A stretch of 59,289 bases of DNA, filler included, from Squatina squatina (lineage: Eukaryota): NCBI GenBank assembly GCA_031763465.1. It is 4 parts of 3 records of this genome, joined end to end, with 100 filler letters (N's around TTAATTAATTAA, not from the genome) between each part and the next. Parts side by side here need not be neighbours in the genome. Positions count along the whole stretch, not along the records: positions 15,263 to 28,082 come from JARFOE010000236.1; positions 28,183 to 44,006 come from JARFOE010000203.1; 2 more parts are not named here. The stretch is one strand, 5' to 3'. Position 1 is the first letter of the stretch, and each line of letters starts with the position of its first letter. This document shows, one piece after another, positions 24,186 through 36,527 of this stretch. A model generated the notes under the pieces. The model was not told the DNA's origin, made no database searches, and saw nothing but the letters and a program-made list of their open reading frames with translations. Made by a program: the position numbers and the translations under genes.

Positions 24186-24291
24186 TACTGCCCCTCCGAC
24201 AGTGCGGCGCTCCTTCAGTACTGCCCCTCTGATAGTGCGGCGCTCCCTCAGTACTGCCCCTCTGACAGTGCAGCACTCCCTCAGTACTGCC
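24186..24291 (+). repeat. Minisatellite, 33-bp unit TACTGCCCCTCCGACAGTGCRGCRCTCCCTCAG, 3+ copies
   Basis: Unit starts at 24186, 24219, 24252 and 24285. Confidence 0.93.
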
Positions 24292-24447
24292 ATGAAGTAT
24301 CTGATTGTGTGTTCAAGTCTCTGGTTGGGACTTGATGCTCCAAGCTTCCGACATGTGTTATAATCAACAGTTTTTGTTCTTCATGATCGATCGTGTTTGC
24401 CCAATGAACTCAACTAATATAATGGAGTTTCTAAACATTTGTCCCAG

Positions 24448-26187
24448 ATATTCAGGGGAAACATCGTGAATCACTTCGTGCCGAGAATGAGAGGCTGCTG
24501 GTGAGTGGTATCCAGGGAATGATGATCCAGACATTCTTGCTGTCTGAGTGCTACACCGAGCTGATCATCATCGCCAACGTTCGTGAACGGAGGATTCTCG
24601 AGCACGAGTTATGGGCTCGGGGCAGAGACCATGAGGAGTGGCAAAAGAAACTGGTGAGGGACGAGCTGGAGAAAATCCGCATTCACCAACTGTTCAAAGA
24701 TTCCTTCGGTAAGAGCAGCGTGGCTGGCACCACGGTGGTGAGCGGAGTGGCGGGCATTGGGAAAACCACAATGGTGCAAAAGATCGTCCACGATTGGGCA
24801 GCCGGGCAAATGTATGGCCAGTTTAACTTTGTGTTTCACTTCAAGTTCCGAGACCTGAATGCTATTTGTGGCAGGACAAGTGTGAAAGCATTGATCCTGG
24901 ATCACTACGCTTACTTTGAAGGAGTGATCCAGCATCTGTGGGAGGATCCTCTGGGCATACTCTTCATCTTCGATGGGTTGGATGAGTTCAAGCACACCAT
25001 CAATTTTGATGAAAGTGAGGGAAACAGTGAGGTGGAGCGAGCCTGTTTCGATCCGGAATGTCACTGTGAACTTGCAGACATTGTGCGCGTCTGGTACAGC
25101 AGAGGGTGTTAAAGGGCTGCTCGGTGCTGATCACAAGCCGGCCTCATGCTCTTGGCTCATTGGAAAGGGCGGATGTCAACCTGTGGGCTGAAATCTTGGG
25201 CTTCTTTGCTGAGGAAAGGAGAGAATATTTCAACAAGTTCTATGAAAGTGTTGATGTTGCAGCAGCTGTGTTCAGACAGGTGGAACAGAATGAGATCCTG
25301 TACACCATGTGTTATAACCCTTCCTACTGCTGGATCCTCTGCTCATCACTGGCTCCCATCTTCTCAAGCCTGGAACAGAATCAGCAACTGCCTAGAACCA
25401 TCACTCAGCTCTTCTCCAATTACATTTACAACATTTTAAACAACCACGCCCGCGAGGTGGAGAATCCCCGCCATGTCTTACTCAACGCTGGCAAGATGGC
25501 TCTTGAGGGAGTCTCCAGGAGAACCATTGTCTTCGATCAGAATCATTTACAGCGGCACAAGCTCCAACCCTCCAAGTTCGTCTCGGGGTTCATGATGGAA
25601 ATCCTGGAGAAAGACTACTCCGCGACCAGCGTGGTATATACCTTCTGTCACCTCACTGTACAGGAGTATTTGGCTGCTCTCTCACCCTATTTGAAGACAG
25701 TTCCGGAAAACCTGACGAAGCTGCTGGAGAAAGCTGAGAGCCAGGACGATGGGCGATTTGACATATTTCTCCGTTTTATGGCCGGTCTCTCCGCTCCGAA
25801 CACGTCTCAGCAGCTGGTGAAGTTCCTGGGCGATTTCCAATGTGAAGCCACTTGCCAAGTAAAGCTTTGGCTGACGCAAAAAGTGAAAGACCAGCTCTCA
25901 AACACACAGAGCAAGGAAGACAGGAGGAAGCTGATGAACACCTTGCACTGTGTGTTTGAATCTCAGGATAACCTGACACGCTTCACAGGAGGTTGCAGAC
26001 TCAATGTTAAGCTGGGCCACAGCAGCGAACCAGAGGCAATAAGACTGAATCCAGTAGATTGCTTTGTACTGGCAGCTGTTCTGGGACCGTGTGACACCAT
26101 ACAAGAGCTGGATCTTAATTATTGCTACATACAAGCTGAAGGGATTCAGCGGCTCGCTCCCATACTGCACAGGTGTAAAATACTCAG
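24448..26187 (+). pseudogene. NLR (NLRC3/NLRP-like) NACHT exon with a 1-nt frameshift at ~25089
   Basis: cccag acceptor, AG|gtagga donor; Walker A GVAGIGKT, Walker B LFIFDGLDE, sensor LITSRP, YTFCHLTVQEYLAA, first LRR; the frame changes between ORFs 24501..25112 and 25106..26191. Confidence 0.88.
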
Positions 26188-26806
26188 GTAGGACTCCTGT
26201 AGCCTGTAGTGGGGGTGAAATTGGACATGTGCGCGGTCGTGTGTCGTATATGCCCACCGTTATCGGACATACCCGAGATTCAGTTCCACTGAAGTAAATG
26301 ACACTGAATACTGCCAATTTCTCCAAATTCTACTCAAATTTACAGATATGTTGGACAAATTGACAAATCGACCGTTCACTGAAATTATTCGCTGTTGTCT
26401 TGTTTGAACAGAATTTGAGTATTTTTAAAGCATGTGACTTAGTGCAGATATTGAGTGGTGCTGGAGAGGGTTATTTTGCCTTGCTCACTATTTCAGTGGA
26501 TCACACATTTTTACACCAATCCGGGCACTGCCAGGTGCAGCAGAGCGACAACTAAAACAGATCATTCATTTGATCAAGCGCAATAGAAGGCCACAAGTGA
26601 GAGGCGGGCTGGAATAGTTGGGAATTGAAACAAACTGTTGTGAGAGCTGATGCATCCGGACAAGAAAATTTCCCATCTGGATTTTTTGCGTCAACCGAGA
26701 GTTGCANNNNNNNNNNNNNNNNNNNNNNNNNNNNNNNNNNNNNNNNNNNNNNNNNNNNNNNNNNNNNNNNNNNNNNNNNNNNNNNNNNNNNNNNNNNNNN
26801 NNNNNN

Positions 26807-26943
26807 CTGACACATTGTCCTTCTTCTCAAACCTCTTGCCGCAAATGTCGCAGGAGAACTGGTATCCAGACTCGGCATCATGTTTCTTCATGTGCCAATT
26901 CAACGAGGCTTTCTGTCTGCAGGTAAATCCACAGATCTCACAC
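26807..26943 (-). CDS. ZFP91: ZFP91 exon with the last zinc fingers (CEICGFTCRQKASLNWHMKKHDAESGYQFSCDICGKRFEKKDNVS), truncated by gap
   Basis: Long pyrimidine tract + tccag acceptor; matches human LNWHMKKHDADSFYQFSCNICGKKFEKKDSV. Confidence 0.9.
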
Positions 26944-27479
26944 CTGGAGAGAGGGGGAGGGGGAGAGTGAGAGAGGGAGAGAAGGCGAGAGAGGGAGAGA
27001 AGGCGAGAGAGAGGGAGAGAAGGCGAGAGGGGGCGAAAGAGGGTGAGGGCAAGAGAGAGAGTGGAAGAGTGATCAAAATCTGATAGAATTTCACATTGGA
27101 TTTGAGAGTGAAATACTTAAGTCCAAAACTAGAGTCTCAAACTTCAATAAAATCAATTATATAAGTAGCTGTTGGTTAAGATTGATTGGGAAATTAGGTT
27201 AAAAGATATGACGGTCGATAAGGAGTATCAAACATTTAAAGAAATATTCCAAAATTCTCAACGAATATGCATTCCATTGAGAAATAAAAACTCTACGAGA
27301 AAAGTGGTCCACTCATGGTTAACTAAAGAGGTTAAGGATAGTATTTAATTAAAAGAGGCTTATAATGTTGCGAAGAATAGAAGTAGGCACGAAGATTGGG
27401 AGAGCTTTAGAAACCAGCAAAAGATGATCAAAAAATTGATAAAAAGGGAGAACATTTCACCTTTCATGGCCACTGGATG

Positions 27480-27805
27480 TCTCAAAGCGCTTTACAGTTT
27501 GGAGTGTAGTGACTGTTGTAATGTGGGAAACGCGGCAGCCAATTTTCAGACAGCAACTCCCACAAACAGCAATGTGATAATGACCAGATAATCTGTTTTA
27601 GTGATGTTAATTGAGGGATAAATATTGGCCTGGACACTGGGGATAACTCCCCTGCTCTTCTTCGAAATAGTGCTATGGGATCTTTTATGTCCACCTGAGA
27701 AGCGCAGGTTTAACATCTCATCCGAGTGTCGGCACATCCAACAGTGCTGCATTTCCTCAGCAGTGCACTGGAGCATCGGCCTAGATTTTTGTGCTCAAGA
27801 CTTTG
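27480..27805 (-). mobile_element. Deu-domain SINE
   Basis: Reverse complement of the family at 21068-21340 and 44150-44365. Confidence 0.8.
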
Positions 27806-28082
27806 GAAGAGGTGAGAATGCTACCAACTCATCCACAGCTGACACTTACTTGAAGTGGCACCAGCACCTTCAACTGGCTCTGCGCTTTGCCTTAGCTTCC
27901 CAGAAATATCTAGCCACTTTCCTCTCCTCCCGCTCCTTCCAAGGTCTTGTCATCTTCTGCAGTCTCTTTGTTTGAGGGCCAGTCCTGTGACTGGATTTAC
28001 CTGGGACATTCTGAAAGCGTATGAAGTGTCTGTTTCCCTGGTGGTGTCAATTCGTCACACCACGAACACTACATATAGCATC

Positions 28083-28182
28083 NNNNNNNNNNNNNNNNNN
28101 NNNNNNNNNNNNNNNNNNNNNNNNNNTTAATTAATTAANNNNNNNNNNNNNNNNNNNNNNNNNNNNNNNNNNNNNNNNNNNN
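28083..28182. other. Artificial scaffold linker (44 N, TTAATTAATTAA, 44 N)
   Basis: Identical to the other linkers. Confidence 0.97.
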
Positions 28183-28896
28183 AGAGATGCCAAAATGGAC
28201 AAGAGCCAAATCCATGAAATCGTGCTGGTGGGGGGATCTACCCGAATCCCAAAGATCCAGAAGCTTCTGCAGGATCTATTTAATGGGAAGGAGCTGAATA
28301 AGAGCATCAATCCTGATGAGGCAGTGGCTTATGGGGCAGCTGTACAAGCAGCCATTCTGAATGGAGATACCTCGGAAACAGTGCAGGACCTGCTCCTTCT
28401 GGATGTGACACCCCTATCACTGGGCATCGAGACAGCTGGGGGAGTGATGACAATCCTGATCAAGAGGAACACAACTATCCCCACCAAGCAGACCCAAATC
28501 TTCACCACCTACTCAGACAACCAGCCCGGGGTCTTGGTCCAGGTGTTTGAGGGTGAGCGAGGCATGACCAAAGACAACAACCTGCTGGGCAAGTTTGAGC
28601 TGACAGGAATCCCACCAGCACCTCGGGGTGTCCCTCAGATAGAGGTCACCTTTGACATTGACGCCAACGGAATCATGAATGTTTCTGCTGTGGATAAAAG
28701 TACCGGAAAGGAGAATAAAATCACCATCACCAATGACAAGGGACGTCTGAGCAAGGAGGACATTGACAACATGGTGAATGAGGCAGAGCGTTACAAAGCA
28801 GATGATGAAGCACAGCAACAGCGGATAACTGCCAAGAACACCCTTGAATCCTATGCCTACAGCATGAAATCCACGATGGAAGATGACAACACAAAG
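28183..28896 (+). CDS. Cytosolic HSP70 (HSPA family), 5'-truncated exon: ATPase-domain end and substrate-binding domain
   Basis: [15 protein letters not shown] signature, [18 protein letters not shown] linker; homology ends at ...DDNTK|gtagga. Confidence 0.96.
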
Positions 28897-29834
28897 GTAG
28901 GAACGAACACTCATATCATATAGCAAATTTCTGAGGAAATAGGTGGACAGACTATTAAAGACTGGAGCGTGTAGGCATCAGAACAAAAGAGTAGTTGCAA
29001 GGTGCTGTGCAAGTTATGCATTTTGAGCTGACTGTAGATCATGTGTGTTTATATAAATTCTCATGAATTGTGGGATTCTTAGAAAGAAAAATAATACTTT
29101 TTTTTGCAGGGCTTCGGGGAAAGGGTGGGGGAGTGGGACTAGCTGAGGTGCTCTTGCAGAGAGCCGGCACAGGCTCGATGGGCCGAATGGCCTTCTTCCA
29201 TGCTGTAACCATTCTGTGATTCTATGATTTAGCACAAGTGAATCTGCCCGCTTGAACAAACAATGATGTAAAGCACTCAGCTCTGCACAGTCCACCACAT
29301 CACGGGAAGTGTTGTCTTGACCACAGTAGGCAGTCGAAGAGCAGAAACCCAAGCCAGGGTACAGGAGGATTAATGCAGTGAAATGGCACGGAGCACTTGC
29401 ATCCCTCTACTGATCTGAGATGCTTAAACAAAAGGAGTTCCCCAAGGGACTTGTGACTGTAATTATTAAATGTATAAAGTGCTTAATGAAACTGTTTCCA
29501 ATATATCATTTTGAACCAAATATGGAACCAAAGGATGTAAGTGTTGACCCTTCAGTAAAATTAAAATAACGTTTTACAAAAATGTTTCTGTCATAACAGT
29601 GCTGGCCACCATCAGGCACCAGGATGGAGCTCAGTCAACCCTCTATGGCTCTTCTTGCCAATTTTGAGCTCTCCCTCCTCTGCAGCAGACACAGAATCCT
29701 TGCTCGGATACAGTTCCATGGGGACTGCTTGCCTTCTGCTGACCTGTCGAAGTGGTCAGTGCCAGCAGGGTTTATAAACATAGGGTCATCACAGCCCACC
29801 TTTAGTCTGTCTCACCTAATGGGGACATGCGTAA

Positions 29835-29988
29835 TACACAAAGACACACACACACAGACACAACCACACGCACACATCCTCACATACATGCACATATACA
29901 ATCATACGCACACACATTCACACATATAATCACACACAATCCCGCGTGCATACATACATAGACACAATCACTCACACATATACACACA
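29835..29988 (+). repeat. Degenerate (CA)n tract (another at 52507-52650)
   Basis: Seen directly. Confidence 0.9.
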
Positions 29989-30810
29989 NNNNNNNNNNNN
30001 NNNNNNNNNNNNNNNNNNNNNNNNNNNNNNNNNNNNNNNNNNNNNNNNNNNNNNNNNNNNNNNNNNNNNNNNNNNNNNNNNNNNNNNNTTTCAGATTGAA
30101 CTACATCCCTTTCAAACTTAATGAAGAATTCTATCATATTATGGTCACTCTTCCCTAAGAGCCCCTGAAGGAGCTGACTCTGGTTGGATTCAGTTCTGCC
30201 CTTTCACCGATTCCCCTCCCTCTCCTTCCCTCAAGGTGCTCACTCTGTAAAACTGAACCCAACCAGAGTCAGTACATTTAGGAGAGGAGGTTAGAAGATT
30301 GTAGGGACAAAGAACCTTTGCTAACTGAGGGAATCCAAACTTCTATTGTATAAGAGGGTGATCATTACCAATCAACTGCTGATCTACTGTAACTTCTTTA
30401 TTCAGCTATAAAGTTATGGGCAAAAGATTCAGGCTTTATACAGGACCCAAATTCAGATAAAATGTTGCGGTACAAATAGAATCCTCTTATTGAAGGAGTG
30501 TGGGAAAAAGAAAATGGAAACAAGACTGAAATAAGAAAATATTTTCAATTGTTAAGATATTCTTCACCTGAATCTTCATTTGGTCATAGCCCATGTGAGT
30601 TTTGGAAACACTTTGGTTCCTTGGGTAAAATCTGAGTCAATGTCTATGACAACAAATATGACAGTCCAATGCACAACCTAAAGATATATTTATTTAACCC
30701 TTGCTATTTATCAATATGATATGAAACTTACTGTCTATTTTTGGGATCTAATCCTCAAAATCCAACTATGAGCTCTAACCCCCAACTATCACCACAGCGA
30801 ATCCAAAACT

Positions 30811-31200
30811 TTCACTGTCCATCAACAAAACTAATTTCCTCACTGTCCATCAGTAAGACCAATCTCCTTAGTGTCCATCAGTAAGCTCAAGTTCCTCACT
30901 GTCCATTAATAAGACCAATCTCCTCAATGTCCATCAGTAAGCTCAAGTTCCTCACTTTCATCAACAAGACCAAGTTCCTCACTGTCCATTAATAAGACCA
31001 ATCTCCTCAATGTCCATCAGTAAGCTCAAGTTCCTCACTTCCAGCAATAAGACCAATCTCCTCACAGTCCTTCAACAACGCCAATCTCTTCACTGTCCAT
31101 TAACAAGACCAATATCCTTACTGTACATCAAGCAGACCAATCTCCTCTTCATCCATCACCAAGCTCAACTCCTCACTATCCATTAGGAAACCTCAGTATC
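30811..31200 (+). repeat. Minisatellite, ~28-bp unit CACTGTCCATCARTAAGACCAATCTCCT, ~14 copies, in the HSP70 intron
   Basis: TGTCCAT recurs every 27-28 nt with two alternating variants. Confidence 0.9.
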
Positions 31201-31360
31201 CTTCAACAAGACCTGCCAACACTGCCATCACTCAATAAGAGCTTACACCTGTCCTTCCATCAGTGAGATCCAAACCTCAGTGTCCATGATTGAGAATTAA
31301 CTCCACTACATCAGCCACTTAATGGATTTGAGCTTTTTATGTTCCATTTTATCTTTCCAG

Positions 31361-31609
31361 GGTAAAATGAGTGAAGATGACAAACAGAAAGTCTTGAACA
31401 AGGTGAAGGAGACGCTGGATTGGCTAGATAAGAACCAAATGGCTGAAAAGGATGAGTTTGAGTTTCATCAAAAAGAGTTGGAGAAGGTGTGTAACCCTGT
31501 CATCACCAAGCTGTACCAGAGTGGCGCTGCCCCTGGCCCAGGGGGATTCCCTCAAGGAACAGGAAATGCCCCAGGATCTGCTGGACCAACCATAGAGGAA
31601 GTGGACTAA
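31361..31609 (+). CDS. HSP70 last exon ([12 protein letters not shown]...GPTIEEVD*)
   Basis: tttccag acceptor, phase 0; continues exactly after ...NTK and ends in the cytosolic EEVD motif. Confidence 0.95.
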   Translation, partial: GKMSEDDKQKVLNKVKETLDWLDKNQMAEKDEFEFHQKELEKVCNPVITKLYQSGAAPGPGGFPQGTGNAPGSAGPTIEEVD

Positions 31610-32138
31610 ACCCTGGAGAAAGAAAATTGGACAAAAAACGATACTCCGCCTGAGATGATTCAACTAAAAAAAGCATATTACTTTCTTCAAACTCAGTTAG
31701 TCTCTACAATTCAGATTTATTTTTTAACTATAAAGTAAAGANNNNNNNNNNNNNNNNNNNNNNNNNNNNNNNNNNNNNNNNNNNNNNNNNNNNNNNNNNN
31801 NNNNNNNNNNNNNNNNNNNNNNNNNNNNNNNNNNNNNNNNNGGGGTGTGAGCTCAGCTTCCCCTACCCCAGTCTGCTGCTGCTGCTGCAGCCTGTTGTGT
31901 GCCATCTTGGCCTGCAAAAGAAAGGAAGCTGTGTGAGAGCCATTCCAATTATATATGTGGAAGATATGCCTGCCCTGGTTCATAGCTGTGAATGTAGGCA
32001 AGGTGTGAAATGAGGCTATGACTGTGATTAGGCACAGATGATTGGTGCTTGCATGTTGGATTGAGTGCTGCTTTGCAGACTGTGAACAGGCAGAGCCTCA
32101 GAGGCTGGTATGTAAGAGTAATTTAAAAATGTACTCAC

Positions 32139-32334
32139 TTTGACCACCTGACTGAGGTCATTGAACTTCTTCCTGCACTGTGTTGGTGTGTGTTGGACTA
32201 TGTCAGCTCCTGAGACCTCCTGTGCCACAGCTGCCCACAGGGCCCTGAACAGCTGTGGCACTGGCCTTCTTCCCGAGGGCGGGAACAGTTGACCCTCCTT
32301 GCCTCAACTGTCTCCAGGGCCAGGTCGCTGAAGC
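32139..32334 (-). mobile_element. Degenerate Myb/SANT-like exon of a Harbinger-type DNA transposon
   Basis: FSDLALETVEARR...LWAAVAQEVSG...TPTQCRKKFNDL...VK|gtgagt, frameshifted; GAATTTTGACCCC terminal-like motif at 32581-32593. Confidence 0.7.
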
Positions 32335-35300
32335 NNNNNNNNNNAGAGAGAGCAAGTGATGCTAGAAACGACTTCAACTTTAAGGAGTGCAATGCAGTGG
32401 AACCTCATGATCAGTTAATGAAGGTCAGGTGAAATTGGTTGCAGCTCTGGTAATCTCATCCCCACTGAGGTCATTAGTGCCTCCGACAGCGCCTTACTCT
32501 TTTTTTTAAAGTGCCCAATGTCGCACAATTTTTCAGGCCATCGCACCGGGCGCTAAAACATCAACAAGTAGCGTGCTAGGGAATTTTGACCCCTCAGTGT
32601 TTGGTTGCCCAACACAAGTTCTTAATCTTGGCCAGGAGTCGGTCACTGATTTACAATCAGATTTTGTGGTGAGCTTGTCCTTGCCAAACAGTGGAGGATT
32701 TTACCTTCTTTGCTTCTTGCATCTTTTGGGCCTCTGAATGATGTTCTATGCAAGAATCGGTCACTTCGATGCATGTAATAGCTTCAGCTGTGAGATGGTT
32801 ACTTTACCTTGGATGTAAGTATATCGGTTTTCCTACTGCAAGCCATTAGTAACAGAAACAGTTGGGTTTTCATACCAGCATGGAATTCCTCAGGATCCTG
32901 AGAGTAACTGACTGCATGGAAGTTGAAACACAAGCTCCTCCTCAGAATATGATCCTATCCTGCAATTGGAGATTTATGTTCCGTAAACAAAACACCACAT
33001 ATGTGTTTGGTCATTTTTCCAGGCTCCTCTCACAACACCTTCATTCTGTCCTGATTGTTACTTCTCGCATGCTTTGAAATGGAGGACAATTTTCAAGACT
33101 GAGTTCTGGGAGAAGTACTCTCTTCCTTGAGTCGATTGATATGTTCCAATATAATGAGGTAAGGTGGTTCATCTAAAATTAATATATTTTTATTCTTGTT
33201 GAGGGCGACAGTGGGCACAGACAGAAACCTTGACTGATGGCTCCACTGCTTCATGCCCAGAACTCCTGNNNNNNNNNNNNNNNNNNNNNNNNNNNNNNNN
33301 NNNNNNNNNNNNNNNNNNNNNNNNNNNNNNNNNNNNNNNNNNNNNNNNNNNNNNNNNNNNNNNNNNNNTTTAAAGGGACACCTTTGTGAAGGTTTTGTTT
33401 GGCAAACCTGTTTTTTCATTTGATTGGCAAATACAGTGGCAGGGATATTGTAACACCAGCTTGTGATGAAAATGATACACGAGAAAGAAAGGACTGTGGC
33501 CCTTGTAGTGACATTGTAAACACTTTATTGAATGCTTTTATGACCTTGCACCCCACAGCTACCAGAGGGACACCTCTTCCATGATCTTCCTTTTCCAACC
33601 AAAATAATGGTTTGCCAAACTCGTTATCACGAAGACAGGAGCCCCTCTAATACAAAATGAAAGCCTCAGAGATTGGAAGAGTGGTGAAGCAATAATTTGT
33701 GTGCATATGTACAGTCGGCAGTAGAGGAATGGAGTGTATCTAGAGCAGAACTGCTAAATAATGCACTAGAACAATTTTATTGCATCCTCCTGGAGATGAG
33801 CAGCAGGGCTTAGACAATGAACAGATGGATGTTGAACTAAAGTAGAAAGAAAAAGACTGAAACTTAATCAACATGTTCCTGGGGGAGGAAATCTGATCTG
33901 GGGGGGTATTATTGTGAGCCAGCTGATGGATAAGTCATTACAGTTCACTTATTAATGATCAGAATCAGACTGAAATGTGTTTTAAAAAATTTAAGTGTTT
34001 TATGGTTTGCTAAATCTATTGCTTCATTAAATAACATTTCTTCAGGAAATTATTAAGTGTTCAGACTGACAGCAAAACAGTTGAGCATATCGATTTAAAC
34101 AGCATACTGCAGAAATATAATTCTTCAAAACAAGCAGGTCCTTTTAGAACGATTCAATGCAGGGGTGGGGGAGATGGTCATCTGTAATTNNNNNNNNNNG
34201 TGAGGGTTATTCCATTAATGAATAGTATTTTTCAAGGAGGAGTTCTGGTCTATTGGCCCATTGATCTCAGGACCCTGCAGTGCTGAGTGAGCTCTTGCTG
34301 CAGAAGTGTCTACTGTCCAGTAGAAGTGTTCTGATATGATTAACTTAAGATGGCATAACTCCAAGACAAGGTGCACTTGGCAAATCTGTAACTTTAGTTG
34401 ATAATTTAAAAGAAAAATAGCAGCTACTTGCAGTTGCCACCTTAAGTGGCTGACATTTCCTGGTGTGGGAAGAGTGATGATCTGTGCCATAGAGGGTCTC
34501 TGATGGAATTGCTGGTAATGCCAGCTGATTAGCTTCATTCTGATGTTCTGGCTTGACAAAAGCTTTCCCAAGAGCGTGTAGGGAGGATATTAAATGTTAG
34601 ATAACTCTGGATAAGTAACAGCCCATTTCTTTTTCACTAGCCACAAAAGCCCTGTTCCATTTCAAGGCTGCAGAAACCAGAACCATTGGTTACAGTAAAC
34701 AAGAGTCTTTCAATATAATAAAAATCAATTCTCTAATACCATTGTATAATTTGAGGTATTCTAGGGAAAGCCTGCATGAGAAGCTTCCTGTGTGGAAACA
34801 CAGTGGAGTGAGCAATTTATGAAAGTTGGCAGTGTTGCATTCTTGCTGTCACTGATGTGTTGTAAGTATGCCTTTTTTGATCCAGTGAAATATTGTTATT
34901 TGGAGGTCTTGCAAAGCTCAGAGGAATATGATAACTCATCTTATTCATCTAGGATTGTGGTATAGAAGTATATTTTTCAATTCCATTTCCTTAAAAAATT
35001 CAATAGCTAGTTTACCAACTTTCCATTTATACTATGATTGAGTTTACTAAACAGCCTCTTGTGCCAAACTATATTAAATGTTTGGCTTTACTCAGACCCA
35101 CCAGGAAAATCTCCCCAGGATGGTTAATTGTGCCGTACTGTATGAGCTAAAATACTGTTGAATGCCTAATGTTGGAATCCAAATCGTTTTGAGTGAGGAG
35201 ACTACTTCTTCTTGGACACTGCTGCAATTACTTATTGATTATTTCTAACACTTCCAGCAATCGTGATTTGAGAAATGCAAAGAGAACTGCATTAGCATAA

Positions 35301-36219
35301 GAATGGGTGCCGCTGGGACAAAATACTATTCTTGAGACATTGCTCTGATTGACATGATATAAACCAAGCCAGCAAGGTTATAAATTCTTAAGCATGTGCA
35401 CATAGTGAACTGAAGCTAAGACCATTGGGTACATTTGCATTATTTTGTATTAAATTTCATGGTACTTCAAGACTGTTGATGCTGATATTAACCATGCATG
35501 AGTCTTCTTTAGGATTCTTTTGAAATGGTAACTTACTTTGTGAACAAATTACTTAGAAAAGATACAGCACAGAAGAGGGCCATTCGGCCAGTCGTGTCCA
35601 TGCCATACTTGATCATTCACACTTCTGAATCATGCTGTGATGTCTTGTTGAGATGTACCCATACTCAATCAGCTAGAGATTGAAAATGTTTACATGTCAT
35701 ATTCTTGTATTATAAAATCACTCATTAAACCGGCAAACAAAATTTGTCTTGGCTGTTTGAGAAGGATGCAGTATTCAACTGTCTTGATCATTACTAACAT
35801 TTTTATTGTGATGCGCCAGTAATAAGCCAGTTGGCGGCTGCAGGCCAGATCTCCCAATTAGCTTCACTATTAAATTTAAGATGTGGTTGCATATGGCTGA
35901 TCTTTTAGCTGTTCCATTACCTGAGATCAGTAAAGCTCTCATCAATTCTGCTGCAAGTTAGTGGGTGGTGAAGAGTCTTGGTAAACTGCAGTGCATCTGT
36001 GGCTCAGCTGTCCTAAACTATGTGATGTAGCAAAGTTGAGTGCATGTTTTATTATGGGAATAGGTATGATGCTTACCTCACATTTCTTGCTGAACATCAG
36101 AAGCCACCGTTCCAAGTGTCTGAGAGGAGTAGCTATATGTGACTGGTTTTATTAAAGGAATCGGTAAGTTTAGAGGTGACTCAATGTTGACGAGTACTTG
36201 TTTGCTGTTACAGTTTATC

Positions 36220-36527
36220 TATGATTTCGACTTCAAAGTAGGGGGCATGATTAAGTAGTTTGCAGGTGATACAAAAGTTGGCTGTTTGGTTGATAGTGAG
36301 GACGAAAGTTGTCGACTGCAGGAAGACATCCATGGACTAGTCAGGTGGGCAGAAAAGTGGCAAATGGAATTCAGTCCAGTGAAGTGTGAGGTAATGCATT
36401 TGGGGAGGGCTAACCAGGTAAGGGAATACACAATAAATGGTAGGATACTGATAAATGTAGAAGAATAGAGGGACATTGAAGTAAATGTCCACAGATCCCT
36501 GAAAGTAGCAAGACAGGTAGACAAGGT
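36220..36527 (+). mobile_element. CR1 LINE RT fragment
   Basis: LQEDIHGLVRWAEKWQMEFSPVKCEVMHLGR with upstream in-frame stop. Confidence 0.88.

Noticed and set aside
30811-31200. CRISPR-like periodic repeats (also 8426-8602 and 24186-24291)
   Set aside because: Head-to-tail units with no unique spacers, no cas genes and a vertebrate context; these are minisatellites.
28183-31609. HSP70 as the MHC class III HSPA1 linked to CSNK2B/GPANK1
   Set aside because: It lies in a different segment beyond artificial linkers, so linkage is unsupported; no gene symbol assigned.
34474-34543. Possible C/D-box snoRNA (GTGATGA...CTGA)
   Set aside because: No convincing terminal stem, no recognisable rRNA/snRNA guide and no identified host exon.
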